A stretch of DNA of 63,859 nt, counting the filler, from Salisapilia sapeloensis CBS 127946 (lineage: Eukaryota; Protista; Oomycota), in NCBI GenBank assembly GCA_023334545.1. It is 12 parts of 12 records of this genome, joined end to end, with 100 filler letters (N's around TTAATTAATTAA, not from the genome) between each part and the next. Parts side by side here need not be neighbours in the genome. Positions count along the whole stretch, not along the records: positions 41,866 to 62,741 come from JAADVB010000292.1; 11 more parts are not named here. One strand, given 5' to 3'. Made by a program: the position numbers and the translations under genes. The notes under the pieces were generated by a model, which had not been told where the DNA came from, made no database searches, and saw only the letters and a program-made list of their open reading frames with translations. Position 1 is the first letter of the stretch, and every line of letters begins with the position of its first letter. Positions 48,419-59,100 of the stretch are shown here, piece by piece.

Positions 48419-50338
48419 ATGTTTTCTAGCTTCGATGAAACCTCGGCAAAAAACTCCACCTACAGCTCATTTGTCGAGTCATTCCAGCGCTTTAAAGATA
48501 ATTTATTGAAAGATAACTTGGAAAATGCCCAACGGTCGCCGCTCTTAGAAGAAGGAAGAACTTTAGCATCATCGGTGAAGGAAGTAGGAGAAATATGCTC
48601 AACGAACACTCGCTTGGCTGTAAACGCAGACATTCAAGAAAGCAAGTTGAGTAACTGGGTGGAGTGTAAATCTATCGACAGCAACTCACCAAGAGCCAGT
48701 CATAATCAAAGACGCACAGCTTCGTTACCCCCTGCGTGGCCTGTGTCACCGCACACGGCAAATACTTCGGGTGAGTTTGCACTTCTCCGAAAGTCTTCTT
48801 TAACAGAATCTGCATCTCGCTTTACCACCTCACTTTTCAGGAGCTTACCGAATGAATCTGGTGGAATATTTAATGCCCCACCTTGGCGATTGAAAGAAAA
48901 CCATTCTAGTCAAAGACTTCAGTCGTATGATTTGGATTGTCGTCCTGGACCATTAGGCTTAGAACTGGAAACTGATTGGTATGGAAAGCAGGCAGTCGTA
49001 AAAGGGTTCAAGCGCATTAATAACGATACTGAAGACGGACCTGCGAAAAAAAGTGGTCTAGTTCGAGTAGGAGATGTACTCACAGCAATAAATGGCCAAT
49101 CTTGTCTCGAACTGGACTACACAAGTAAGCTCGAAAAACTCCGAGAGTTAAGCAAACACGAAAAAGACTATACATTGCATTTTAAGTCGCTAGAAGCTGT
49201 CGGCGATTTAGCTATATACAACCGGGATTGGGACATCTTACAGGCAAAAAGCGTAATTCACCATTACAAAGCCTCATTTTATATGCCAATACCTTCAAAC
49301 GATGACGGTATTGTGCAATGTTACATTATGAGACATCGGGGAGAATGCCTCACATCGTTTCATTTGCACCGTGAAGACACGAATGAATTTGTATTAGCAG
49401 CTTCATGCCTACCAGATTGCTCGGGCGAATTCCTTTTCCATACTCTGCAGGACTCATGCAGGCGGGAGTGGAAAGACTTACCTCAGAATGAAGACTCATC
49501 CGTCTATCTTGGCAAAATGACTCCAAACTTTTTAGGTGATGAATTTATAGTATTCGACCATACTCATAAACGACTTCGAGAGCTTGGCTTCATCGTCTAT
49601 ACTCGGAATGTACTTGGTCAAATGCCAAATGCTTTTAAATGTGTGCTATCACCCATTGCACTTCAAGCTCAAAGCTTAAACGAGAAGAACGACCAGGCCA
49701 ATTGCGCGGTAACTCTCATGACAGCATTAAACATACTTGAAGACAGCCAAAAGGAGTCTATTTCACAGCGCTACAAGCGCCTGGAATGCAGAAAGAGTGC
49801 CTCTTTTAGTGATCGTATCCGAAATGTCACTTCACAGAACTTTGAAAATGCGATAGAAGAAGCTGTTCGTAAGATGGAACGAATATGGGCTAAAGATGAT
49901 GCTAGTGATCAAGGCTGTGAGCTTATGCAAGTGGATAATAGAAGTGTTGGCTGGCAATCGTCACAAGCTAGTATGAACTACTCAGCTGTCGAAATTGCAG
50001 CGTACGATACTGATTTGGTTGAAGCGGAGACACTCCAACCGGAATGGAGCGAAAAGCTACTTGCATGGACGCTGAGCTTTGAAGGACGAGTGAAGATGCC
50101 GTCTAAAAAGAATTTTGTTCTCGTATCAACTGCTGAAAATGATGCTGTTGTTTCCAAGGATATTGGAAATCTCGGATCTGATGATACGACTGAAAAAGAA
50201 GAAAAGAAACCTATGGTTTTGCGGTTTGGAAAAGTTAGCAAGAATCGATTTGCTCTAGACTTTCGTGCCCCTTTTTCGCCAGTAATGGCGCTTGCTGTTG
50301 CGAGTACAGCTTTCGCCCATAAGCGAATCGTGACATGA
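48419..50338 (+). CDS. PDZ domain + Tubby C-terminal domain protein
   Basis: PDZ: GPLGLEL...GLVRVGDVLTAING. Tubby: YLGKMTPNFLGDEF, LSFEGRVKMPSKKNFVL and LRFGKVSKNRFALDFRAPFSPVMA. Confidence 0.88.
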   Translation: MFSSFDETSAKNSTYSSFVESFQRFKDNLLKDNLENAQRSPLLEEGRTLASSVKEVGEICSTNTRLAVNADIQESKLSNWVECKSIDSNSPRASHNQRRTASLPPAWPVSPHTANTSGEFALLRKSSLTESASRFTTSLFRSLPNESGGIFNAPPWRLKENHSSQRLQSYDLDCRPGPLGLELETDWYGKQAVVKGFKRINNDTEDGPAKKSGLVRVGDVLTAINGQSCLELDYTSKLEKLRELSKHEKDYTLHFKSLEAVGDLAIYNRDWDILQAKSVIHHYKASFYMPIPSNDDGIVQCYIMRHRGECLTSFHLHREDTNEFVLAASCLPDCSGEFLFHTLQDSCRREWKDLPQNEDSSVYLGKMTPNFLGDEFIVFDHTHKRLRELGFIVYTRNVLGQMPNAFKCVLSPIALQAQSLNEKNDQANCAVTLMTALNILEDSQKESISQRYKRLECRKSASFSDRIRNVTSQNFENAIEEAVRKMERIWAKDDASDQGCELMQVDNRSVGWQSSQASMNYSAVEIAAYDTDLVEAETLQPEWSEKLLAWTLSFEGRVKMPSKKNFVLVSTAENDAVVSKDIGNLGSDDTTEKEEKKPMVLRFGKVSKNRFALDFRAPFSPVMALAVASTAFAHKRIVT

Positions 50339-50434
50339 ACAAATGCTTGAGACAGTGGAAAAAGATCTGGGATCGTAACGGAAACTTAAAAAACCCTTCT
50401 GCACCATTCCGGTCGTTTCATTTTCCCCCAAAGT

Positions 50435-53400
50435 ATGTTTGTAGCTCCTTATAGTTTTGCTCTATTCGAGTTTACTCGAATCCCAAGAATTGTATCTAAC
50501 AAAGCTCAGGCCGCAATGGAGGCACTGCCAAGTGACCAAACAAATCACCCGGAACAATCTCTAGGTGATGCTAATGCAGAAAGCGAAGAAGGTCATGTGA
50601 CTAGAAAATCTGTACAAGGGACGGATGAGAGCAAGCAAAAAGAGATTGACCAAAATACGGAAAGGAGCGGATGCAAAGCTGCACATTCACCAAAAGAGAA
50701 TCAACCAGCGAACAAACTACCATCGCCATATCCTGTCCAATACTTTCGAAGATTTACGAGCTCACAAAAGCATGATCGTATTGGCAGAAGACACTCTACT
50801 ACGAGCAAAAAGATCGATAGCACCCCGCTTTCACGTCAGTTTGTACAAAGACGCAGTCTTAGAAGTGGGTCAATGACTGAGAGACGTTCTTCATCGACTA
50901 AATTCTCAAGCGCAGCACTTTCAGTCATGACCTTACATGAGCTATTGACAAGACGAAAATCGTTTCAAAAGAAAAAAAGTAAATCCTCCTTTACTGATGG
51001 AGTACAAGGTTCCGAAGTTCATCAGGAAGAGAACTTGAGCGGTAAGCACGAGGAATTAATCGAGCGTTTTCAACTACGTCGCCTACAGCACATACCATCT
51101 ACGAATGCTGAAAAGAATTCGACCACATATTCTATTAGATCCAGCAAATCCAGCAAAGTTTGTCCTGGATTAACCATGGAGGTGGGGAGTGCTTTTCCAG
51201 CAAAAAATGGCGAATCTCCTAAATCATCTTCGACTTCTCCTCGTGATTTTACTTTGAAACGAGCGTCTAAATATTCGGTCGAATCGGCACGGCTTGAAAT
51301 TGACGATGCATTGGAAGGTGGTGCTACGTTTGAGACTGTGAACTCAAAGAACCAAGGTCGAGATCACGAGAAACTTGCAAATTTAACTATGCAGCAGAAT
51401 TTTTATATAGCACATCCCGTCGTACCTGTGACCCAAGATGGATTCAAACAGCGCATGAAAAGTGTTTATAATCATCTATCATCTCCAATCCATCCATTCT
51501 CAAGATTTGCCAACTTGTGGCGAATATGTGTGATGCCCGTCTTTGTGGTCCACGCTTTGCTTAACCCTTCTGAAGCAGCTTTTATTTCGAAGCATCATGT
51601 CAGCTCGAATTCGGCAGAATCCATCATCGACATTTTGTTTATCATCGAAGTGCTATTGCATTTTAATACGGCTATCATCGATAGCCAAGGAGCTCTCATT
51701 GAATCCCGTAAGGAGATAGCACAGAAATATGTGTTCGGATGGTTCGTCTTCGACGCTTTTGGTGCATTACCGGAAGCTTTGATAGTTGCTGTGACCACTG
51801 AGTCGTACACCGGCTTTAGTAAAAAATTTCGTTTAGCATCGCACATGCTCTTTTGTGTCCATCGGTTCATCCATCATGTAAATTTACTCACGCAACTGAT
51901 CGCTACTTATCGTCATCGCCCTGGAAGACCTGTGATTGCATGGCTTTTGTACTCACGCTTCTCTCATCTAGTCCGCATTTTAATCGTCATTACGATGGTA
52001 CTCTTCATCTCGCACTACATTGCCTGCTTCTGGCGCTTATTGCTTGAAGATAAGGATCTCCTTTCTACTCCTCAGGAACAGTACGCTGCTAGTTTTTACG
52101 ATGCTCTAAAAATGCTTCAAGGAGAAGGCATTTTAACTAGTACCTCTCAGCAGAATTACTTTGCGTCGTTTACGATGCTACTTGGCTCTATTCTTCTGGC
52201 CATTGTCTTTGGGCACGTGGGAGTCTTAGTTGCCAACTTTACCGCGAATTCAACCAGCTATCGACGGAAAATGGAGGAGGTATATGCCATTATGGGCAAA
52301 ATGGGGCTACCTTTGCTGTTGCGTGAGCGCGTGCAGCAATTTTATGAGCATATTCATCAAGAATATCAATCGATCGATGGAGACATCAGCAAGTTTACTA
52401 AAGAGCTAACGCACAATCTCGCGCTTGAGGTCTTTTTATTCAAGTACATGGATATTGTGGTGCACATACCCTTTTGGCAAGATTGCTCAGCTGATTTTCA
52501 AAAGCAGATCATCCTTAACCTTCAGGTTCGAGTATATCTGCAGGACGATTTTATTATACGACGCGGTGAAACTGGAGAAGAGTTCTACATGATCAATCGA
52601 GGAAAGTGTGAACTAATTCGTGAAAAAGACAGTATTGAGTACGAAACACGACTTGATCAGCATGGGCTGCAAAATGTTAAAGAAGAAAACTCAAAGTTCA
52701 TGCACCCCTCTTACTTTGAAGACAGTTTTATTTCAAGAGCTCAAGACGGAGGTTATGGAAATGATTCAATGCGCTTTGGGAACGAGTCAGAGCCAAACGG
52801 CATTGCGAAGAACCGTGCGCACGCATCGAAGGAGGAGCAATCAACTCTTCCTACCTATCCTATTGCGGTTCATCTCGGTCGTGGCCAAGGATTTGGAGAA
52901 TTGGCCTTGATTATGAACTATCAGCGAACGGTAAACGTACGAGCGGTAACCTGCATCGAAATGTGCGTCCTGGATCGTAACGCTTTTCAGAGGATATTGC
53001 AGCGTTATCCGAACGATCGAATACAAGTTCTACGTAAAATCATTTCGTCCGTTATGACATCGAACGAAGCGAATGGCCTTCCTTGTCCCATGAGAGACAT
53101 TGTTCAGAGAGTTTACAGTGGAATGGAAAACTCGAATTTTCAAGAAACAATACCTATTTCACGCTCTGCAATGTTGGTTGCTGAGGCTATCAGTAAAAAC
53201 CACGAAGACAAGTCGGTAATTTATGGGATCACAGACACGTTTGAAGACACGCTACTGGCTCATCGAAATGGAACAAAAGCAGAAACATCGACAAAACAAA
53301 GCCCTCAACCGGTTTCAACTACTAAAGAAGCCAAAGCAGCCGCTGAGTCGATGCCGAAAGCACCGTACTGTGTGGAAGCAAAACTGTCAATGCAAGAACA

Positions 53401-54232
53401 GAGACTTTGTCAGGTTGAGCATAACCAGCTACGAATGCTTGAAATGCTGCAAAAGCTTGAGACTTTAATCGAAGGGTTGACAAAAGCTCCAACAATGCCG
53501 ATACCACATCCTTACGGTGATACTTCACCCTTTGCAAAAGTCTCGATTCCAGGTACCCCACCAGTTTGCGAAAGACCGCAAGTTTCTTACATTCACACTT
53601 CGAATGCACCAGATGCACCACGCAAGCTATCTAAAACTCATTCACTAAAGCAAAATGTGGTTAGTCTTACACCGGATAATGCCTCAAATGCTTCCGAGTT
53701 GAGAGACGATCCTGATTGGCAGCCCCAAACTCAGTCCATCGTTGAAACAAATCCCGCTAAGCATCCTGAACAGCTATCAGTACGTCGACGAAAGTCACTG
53801 ACCGAACCTGCTTTGGGCATCCTTCGGGATAGCTTAAGGCATGGGGGAGACGATAAGGAAGGAAATGATAAATCACATTTAAAGACCGAAATTTCCGCTA
53901 GCCTACTTCAGTCAGAGAAACCCGACGTAACGCAAAGTATAGATGGCGAACGACGCCGATCGGAACTTCATACAAGAATTGAAGCCCAAGAGATAAGACT
54001 GTTGGATGAAAGCAACTCAAATGATTTAAGAAGATTCTCAGGGCTAAGAAGACGTAATTCGAGATTATTTAAGCAAGAAACCAGCCGCCGAATGCCATTC
54101 CTAAAACGGGCTGGTTCACTGATGAACTTTACTTCAAATTCCCATGCTGCATCAACTCAATCACCAACTCAATACGCAGATCAGCTTTTCAGCCGACCAA
54201 GTATCTTTGAAAAGGAAAGAGCTGAAGTATAG
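50435..54232 (+). CDS. Cyclic nucleotide-gated / HCN-EAG-like cation channel (6 TM + C-linker + split cNMP-binding domain)
   Basis: DILFIIEVLLHFNTA, IAQKYVFGWFVFD, HYIACFW, C-linker LRERVQQFYEH, cNMP domain YLQDDFIIRRGETGEEFYMINRG...GFGELAL...RTVNVRA. The true start may be 50517. Confidence 0.9.
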   Translation: MFVAPYSFALFEFTRIPRIVSNKAQAAMEALPSDQTNHPEQSLGDANAESEEGHVTRKSVQGTDESKQKEIDQNTERSGCKAAHSPKENQPANKLPSPYPVQYFRRFTSSQKHDRIGRRHSTTSKKIDSTPLSRQFVQRRSLRSGSMTERRSSSTKFSSAALSVMTLHELLTRRKSFQKKKSKSSFTDGVQGSEVHQEENLSGKHEELIERFQLRRLQHIPSTNAEKNSTTYSIRSSKSSKVCPGLTMEVGSAFPAKNGESPKSSSTSPRDFTLKRASKYSVESARLEIDDALEGGATFETVNSKNQGRDHEKLANLTMQQNFYIAHPVVPVTQDGFKQRMKSVYNHLSSPIHPFSRFANLWRICVMPVFVVHALLNPSEAAFISKHHVSSNSAESIIDILFIIEVLLHFNTAIIDSQGALIESRKEIAQKYVFGWFVFDAFGALPEALIVAVTTESYTGFSKKFRLASHMLFCVHRFIHHVNLLTQLIATYRHRPGRPVIAWLLYSRFSHLVRILIVITMVLFISHYIACFWRLLLEDKDLLSTPQEQYAASFYDALKMLQGEGILTSTSQQNYFASFTMLLGSILLAIVFGHVGVLVANFTANSTSYRRKMEEVYAIMGKMGLPLLLRERVQQFYEHIHQEYQSIDGDISKFTKELTHNLALEVFLFKYMDIVVHIPFWQDCSADFQKQIILNLQVRVYLQDDFIIRRGETGEEFYMINRGKCELIREKDSIEYETRLDQHGLQNVKEENSKFMHPSYFEDSFISRAQDGGYGNDSMRFGNESEPNGIAKNRAHASKEEQSTLPTYPIAVHLGRGQGFGELALIMNYQRTVNVRAVTCIEMCVLDRNAFQRILQRYPNDRIQVLRKIISSVMTSNEANGLPCPMRDIVQRVYSGMENSNFQETIPISRSAMLVAEAISKNHEDKSVIYGITDTFEDTLLAHRNGTKAETSTKQSPQPVSTTKEAKAAAESMPKAPYCVEAKLSMQEQRLCQVEHNQLRMLEMLQKLETLIEGLTKAPTMPIPHPYGDTSPFAKVSIPGTPPVCERPQVSYIHTSNAPDAPRKLSKTHSLKQNVVSLTPDNASNASELRDDPDWQPQTQSIVETNPAKHPEQLSVRRRKSLTEPALGILRDSLRHGGDDKEGNDKSHLKTEISASLLQSEKPDVTQSIDGERRRSELHTRIEAQEIRLLDESNSNDLRRFSGLRRRNSRLFKQETSRRMPFLKRAGSLMNFTSNSHAASTQSPTQYADQLFSRPSIFEKERAEV

Positions 54233-55785
54233 TTTTAGATCAAAGAGCCGACGATCGAATACAAATGTGCGCTGGAAGTATATATTGTTTGATAGCACTT
54301 TAATTTAGCAATACTACGACTGTGTTCGCGCAGCTCCATTTACTTGAAACGAACATTTTAATCGATAATGAAGATTAAGGAGACTGCGCGAACACACTCT
54401 TAATCTCGCGTAAACGTGGTCGTGTCGGTAAAATATACTCTGCTACGAGCAAAATGATCGGTAGTAACATGCCTTCAGGCCAAGATGAACAAAATCGTAG
54501 TACAAGGGATGGCTTGATGACGAAGAAGCATTCTTCATGCACAAAAGTTCAAGTGCAGCACTTTCAGTCATGTCCTTGCACAAGCTAGTCAAACGACGAG
54601 TATTTTTATAGCAAGCGGCGTAGTTCATTCGTTGCTGATGTAAGATGAGCTTCCAATATTGATGAGGGAGATTTGGGGGTAAGATAGCATGGTCTATTCC
54701 ATACAAGGGTCTGAAAATAACATTTAATATTACATTGTTCAGCTACAGCTACCATAATAAGTACGGCAATATGCCGCTTTCCAATAATATATATATTTCA
54801 AAAATTACAATATAAGGTAAATTAATCAAGTACTTAAAGTTCGTGTGTGAGCTTGGAGCTTACCACAAATTAATCGCTCTTATAATGTTTGTTTCGAATA
54901 GTATCGGCTCTGACTATATAGCATGAATAATATCCTACATGTTGCCTTATTTATATCATCACTCCACGTATTGAACCCCCCATCGGTGGGCTCCAAAGGA
55001 CGTCGTCTATTAAGATAGGTTTGCTAAATAAACCTCTTACCCTTTGTAACAACAGCAAGAACAAATATAATTACTCCACGTGAATGTGAAACTCCGTGAG
55101 CTAAAAGTTAATAAATTATAAACAAATATCTTTTGTATCGACTTGTACTTCTTTGGTTCGCTTCCTGTGTACAACTTGATTAATTGTAACGTTAAAAAGA
55201 TGGTAGGTGCTTGCTTTCATATTGAACCAGTAAGATTTGCTACCCCTCAGAGTGGTAGCCAACTTTTTAACAACCTAGATACAAAATCCCTAACTAGTGT
55301 CGACATTTTCGCAGCGCTCTTCTCGTATATTGTATTGGCAATTACTCGCTCAATATAGCATTGTACTGTCAGAGCAACTTACCAATAGTATTAATTATTT
55401 CCATTGGACAATGGCAATAGCATCGATATTGCTGTCGTTTTTTCGACCCCTGATGGCATGATGTGAGAAATGAGGTACATTGACGTCGAGTTACTTGCGA
55501 TATCTAAGTGCGTCCTAGAGCGGTAAAAAACATTCTAGACTACAAGCCGTTCAAGAAAGGATAGAGATTGTGCCAATTCTACGTCTGTGTATGACGTTAT
55601 CCGGCCAATGTCAATCGCGATAAGGTCAGAGAAGACAGTGATGTGGCGCTTGTGCAGGGCGCTTATAAAAGGTCGCTTCGCGCGGGAAAACTTGTTTAGG
55701 GCTTCAGAGGCGAGGACGTTCGCTGCGCGGTTGTATGGGTGTTCTATTCTAATAGTGATACAGCACTTAGCAGCTTGTCCGTAGC

Positions 55786-56682
55786 ATGAGTAAAAAGACT
55801 ACTACTATTATCATTCGCATCTATTTATGCTCATGCCCAGAACCGATGCGTTGGTGTTGCGCGTGGCTTTGTAGATACTTTGTAACGCCTCTAATCTACA
55901 CTGGGAGACATACATCAGAAATCAATTTTACAAGCTCCTACTCTATGGGTGCAAAGGCCTTTAAAAGCAAAATTTCTGCGGGTCCGCAATTGCGAGAGCT
56001 AATCCGCCCAAGGCTAACTCGAAAGCAGCGCAAATTGGTTCGAAAATACTTGCCGCATTTTCAAATCTTTACCAAGTCTCTGCGTGCTGATATTCAAGTG
56101 GCTGGAGCGTTCTGGAACGGAGTTTTTCGGTCTACTCGATCAAATCCGTCTAGCTATTCAACTCATTCCCTAGGTCGAAACAGTGCCTGCGGAAGCATTT
56201 CGACAAATTCCCCAATCAGTCAACTATATGATGAGTTTTATAAAATTCTCGATAACGAGGTGCCACAGCTTGTGCCTATATTCCGCTCATCACTGCAAGT
56301 TCGAAGCAAGGTTCTTGGTCACATTACTGTTGGCATACAAGCTGTACTTAAAGATGACGGAAGTCACGACAAGATCATCCAACTCACGAGAACCCATCTT
56401 CGGGTCGGCATAAAGCTCGAGCACTACGATCCATTAGGGTGTGTCCTTCTCAAGGCCATGGAAATTGCATCGGGTAAGGCGTGGACTTCAAACGTCGAAG
56501 AGGCCTGGCGAAGGATTTTCACTCATTCTGCAGTGATTTTAATGTCATATCATGAAAAACTTACGAAGGAAAGTAAACTTCAGCGATGGGTAAGCAGACT
56601 GAGCAGTGGAAGGAGTGATCTCGTAATCCCGTTTTCAGCGGCAATCCCTCAAGACGCAAAGATTGACACAATTCGAGAATAA
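55786..56682 (+). CDS. Globin-domain protein (single 3/3 globin with N-terminal extension); start uncertain
   Basis: LYDEFYKIL...LVPIFR (CD1 Phe), LTRTHLRVGIKLEHYDPLG (proximal His F8) and AWTSNVEEAWRRIF. Confidence 0.8.
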   Translation: MSKKTTTIIIRIYLCSCPEPMRWCCAWLCRYFVTPLIYTGRHTSEINFTSSYSMGAKAFKSKISAGPQLRELIRPRLTRKQRKLVRKYLPHFQIFTKSLRADIQVAGAFWNGVFRSTRSNPSSYSTHSLGRNSACGSISTNSPISQLYDEFYKILDNEVPQLVPIFRSSLQVRSKVLGHITVGIQAVLKDDGSHDKIIQLTRTHLRVGIKLEHYDPLGCVLLKAMEIASGKAWTSNVEEAWRRIFTHSAVILMSYHEKLTKESKLQRWVSRLSSGRSDLVIPFSAAIPQDAKIDTIRE

Positions 56683-56983
56683 ATTATCCAACTACATGTT
56701 CGTACCAAGCCGTGCTGTGTTCTTTCAAAGCTTTGACATAGCACCTATGTACCTGCCACGCCTCGGACGAACATTTATACTAAGAACCACAAAACGGAGA
56801 TATACGATTCTCGGTTCCAAAATATCGCTGCTGAAAATCCATAAAAGGATTTTGAGCTTTAGATTGTCGTTTGGGAACCTCAGGCGACTAAGAGTATGCT
56901 CACGAGTCATTCCATAAGAAGATTATAAACTATTAAACTATTAAACCCGCAATTTATTTACTAGTCGCGCGAAGATATTAGAG

Positions 56984-57211
56984 GGTGTCAAACCTGTCGA
57001 AATCGCAAAATATGTGTCTGATTGCCAAATAATCGGACATGACTCCTAAAAATCGGACGTTGTATTCCAAGCGCTCATGAATCAGTCAGTCTCCAAATAA
57101 GATGAAGCAGCTCCGGAGATGGCATGTTCATTTTGAAAATAAGATCAGTAGAGCCGAAAAACGAGAATCTTATTAAAGAAAAATGAGGCATTTTTTGCCA
57201 GATTTGACACC
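56984..57211. mobile_element. Putative MITE (~230 bp)
   Basis: Imperfect TIRs GGTGTCAAACCTGTCGAAA versus the reverse complement GGTGTCAAATCTGGCAAAA (16/19), with AT-rich flanks and no coding capacity. Confidence 0.5.
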
Positions 57212-57709
57212 TAATAAAAATCATTTCTAAAGTTGTTTGCTGGGCTGCTGAAAACAAAAGAAATAAAGCATATCAATAATCCTCTTTACTGTGTATGTCG
57301 AAGAACAAATCTAGTTTCTGCGCCCGATATTGGCCGGCGGCTGGAAGTCACCGACCACAGGTTGGCATCAGACAGTGTCTAAGGAAGAAGGACACCCAGA
57401 CAAGGCAGAGAAGGTAGGCTAGCTCGTTTCTGAATGTACTACGACGGACTCGAGGTATCGTAAGTCATTCGACGCCAATGTACATCGCTTCCATTCATTC
57501 ATTCGCAATCCCAGTTTCCAGAATCAATTTGTTGCTCCAGCTGCCAGTTCCAAAATCATCATATATTTTTATATTCTCTCTAATTATAAATATTTATTAG
57601 GGGTAGTCAATACCGGAAATTGAACGCAGCAACAGTACAAATCTATCTCGCACAGCTAGCAGGACATTATTCCTGAGTTCTGATTAGTAAGAATATTTTT
57701 AGCCGAGCT

Positions 57710-59100
57710 GTGCCAAAATTATCACAGCTCAGGCGCACAGGAAGCGAAACTTTTTATCTTAAAATCCATACTTTAGCACTCACAATGGATATTCAAGCTT
57801 CCGCACTGATATCTACATCAACAGCAGCAGGTATCGACTTGTCCGAGTCTTCCGAGTTACCTTTAATGATACCAACTCTAGCATCTACACCACAGACTTT
57901 GGAAACTACAATTGAGGTAGCTATTCTAGCGACAACGTCCGTAAAACATGAACTAGACGTACTATTATGCCGCTTTAGACATAGAAAAAAAATGAAGTCA
58001 GCCACTGATGATGTTGAGCTTGTTCAATGTGCGAAAAAAGACTGTGCTTTCTTTATCCACCGTGCATGCAGTGCATATCTGATTTCTACATTTCATACTC
58101 CTGAAGGTTTCGATGCAATAGTCTGTGGTAAACGCCGCTGTAATGCAGTCGTGAAGGCACAGAACAATCTCTCAGTAGAAAGCAATAAAAAGAAACGTGT
58201 TATGTGGCACAACGACGGACCCTCGCCAAGCATTAACTCTCTAAGCTGTGTAATAGATTGGTTAGCCAGTGACAACAACGACAATAGATATCGTGGCAGC
58301 GATGTTTAAACAGGTCGAACGAAGCAAGCTCTATATAGTGAAAATGTTAACTTTATCTCAGATTCTGGTGCTATGACGGCACGTTCATCTAAGGATGTCA
58401 TGACCAAGATTTCCAGAATCGAAGATTATTTTAAAAGGGCGTCTGACTGGCTTGCAAACACTGGCCAAGGTGTTTCGGATGCCGGATCGCTCAAAGCGAC
58501 AATCTTGAGCCGATGTCCACATTATTACGAGTTGTATGATACTATGATTGATCGGCCAAGTACCCGACCACTCTTACTCAACACCGACACCAGATTACGA
58601 GAATCGGATGACGAATCAGTTAGTCAAGATAGTGTAAGCGAAGTAGAAGTCGAAAATAGCAATCCTGGCAACGACCATAGCGAACCGGACTACGCTCAAT
58701 CCTACTCTACAAGCCAGACCTCCAAACGCTCAATGACTGTCCCGTTCTCTGTTGTATCCACTCATTCCCGTAAAAAAGCCAAGTCGAGTGATGTGGCCGT
58801 AATAGCTTCTTCTTTCTATAAGCTGAAAGAGACGCAACTACGTCATGAATAAAAAGCGAATTTGCAAAAGCTGGACTATCGCTAAGAGGAACCTCTATTG
58901 CAGCGTAAGAAATCTTAATTTGAAGAGAGAGAAGCAGAGGTGCGCATGGAAAAGACAACGGCTCGAGCACTGAAACTACGAGCTGAAGCAGAACACGCAC
59001 AGATTCATCTCAAGGTGACGCTACTACGCGAATGGAAACATCTTTTAGATGACGGTGTGTCTCTTGAGGAGATTGACCAGATGCTACCATTGACGACCGC
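57710..59100 (+). pseudogene. Harbinger accessory (Myb/SANT-like DNA-binding) protein, interrupted by stops
   Basis: WHNDGPSPSINSLSCVIDWLASDNN..RYRG*...KISRIEDYFKRASDWLANTGQG...CPHYYELYDTMIDRPSTRP, a pattern typical of ORF1 proteins paired with fungal/oomycete Harbinger transposases. Confidence 0.7.

Noticed and set aside
55655-55692. TATAAAAG and an E2F-like GCGCGGGAAAA upstream of the globin gene
   Set aside because: Short motifs that occur by chance. Oomycete promoters seldom depend on TATA, and there is no TSS evidence.
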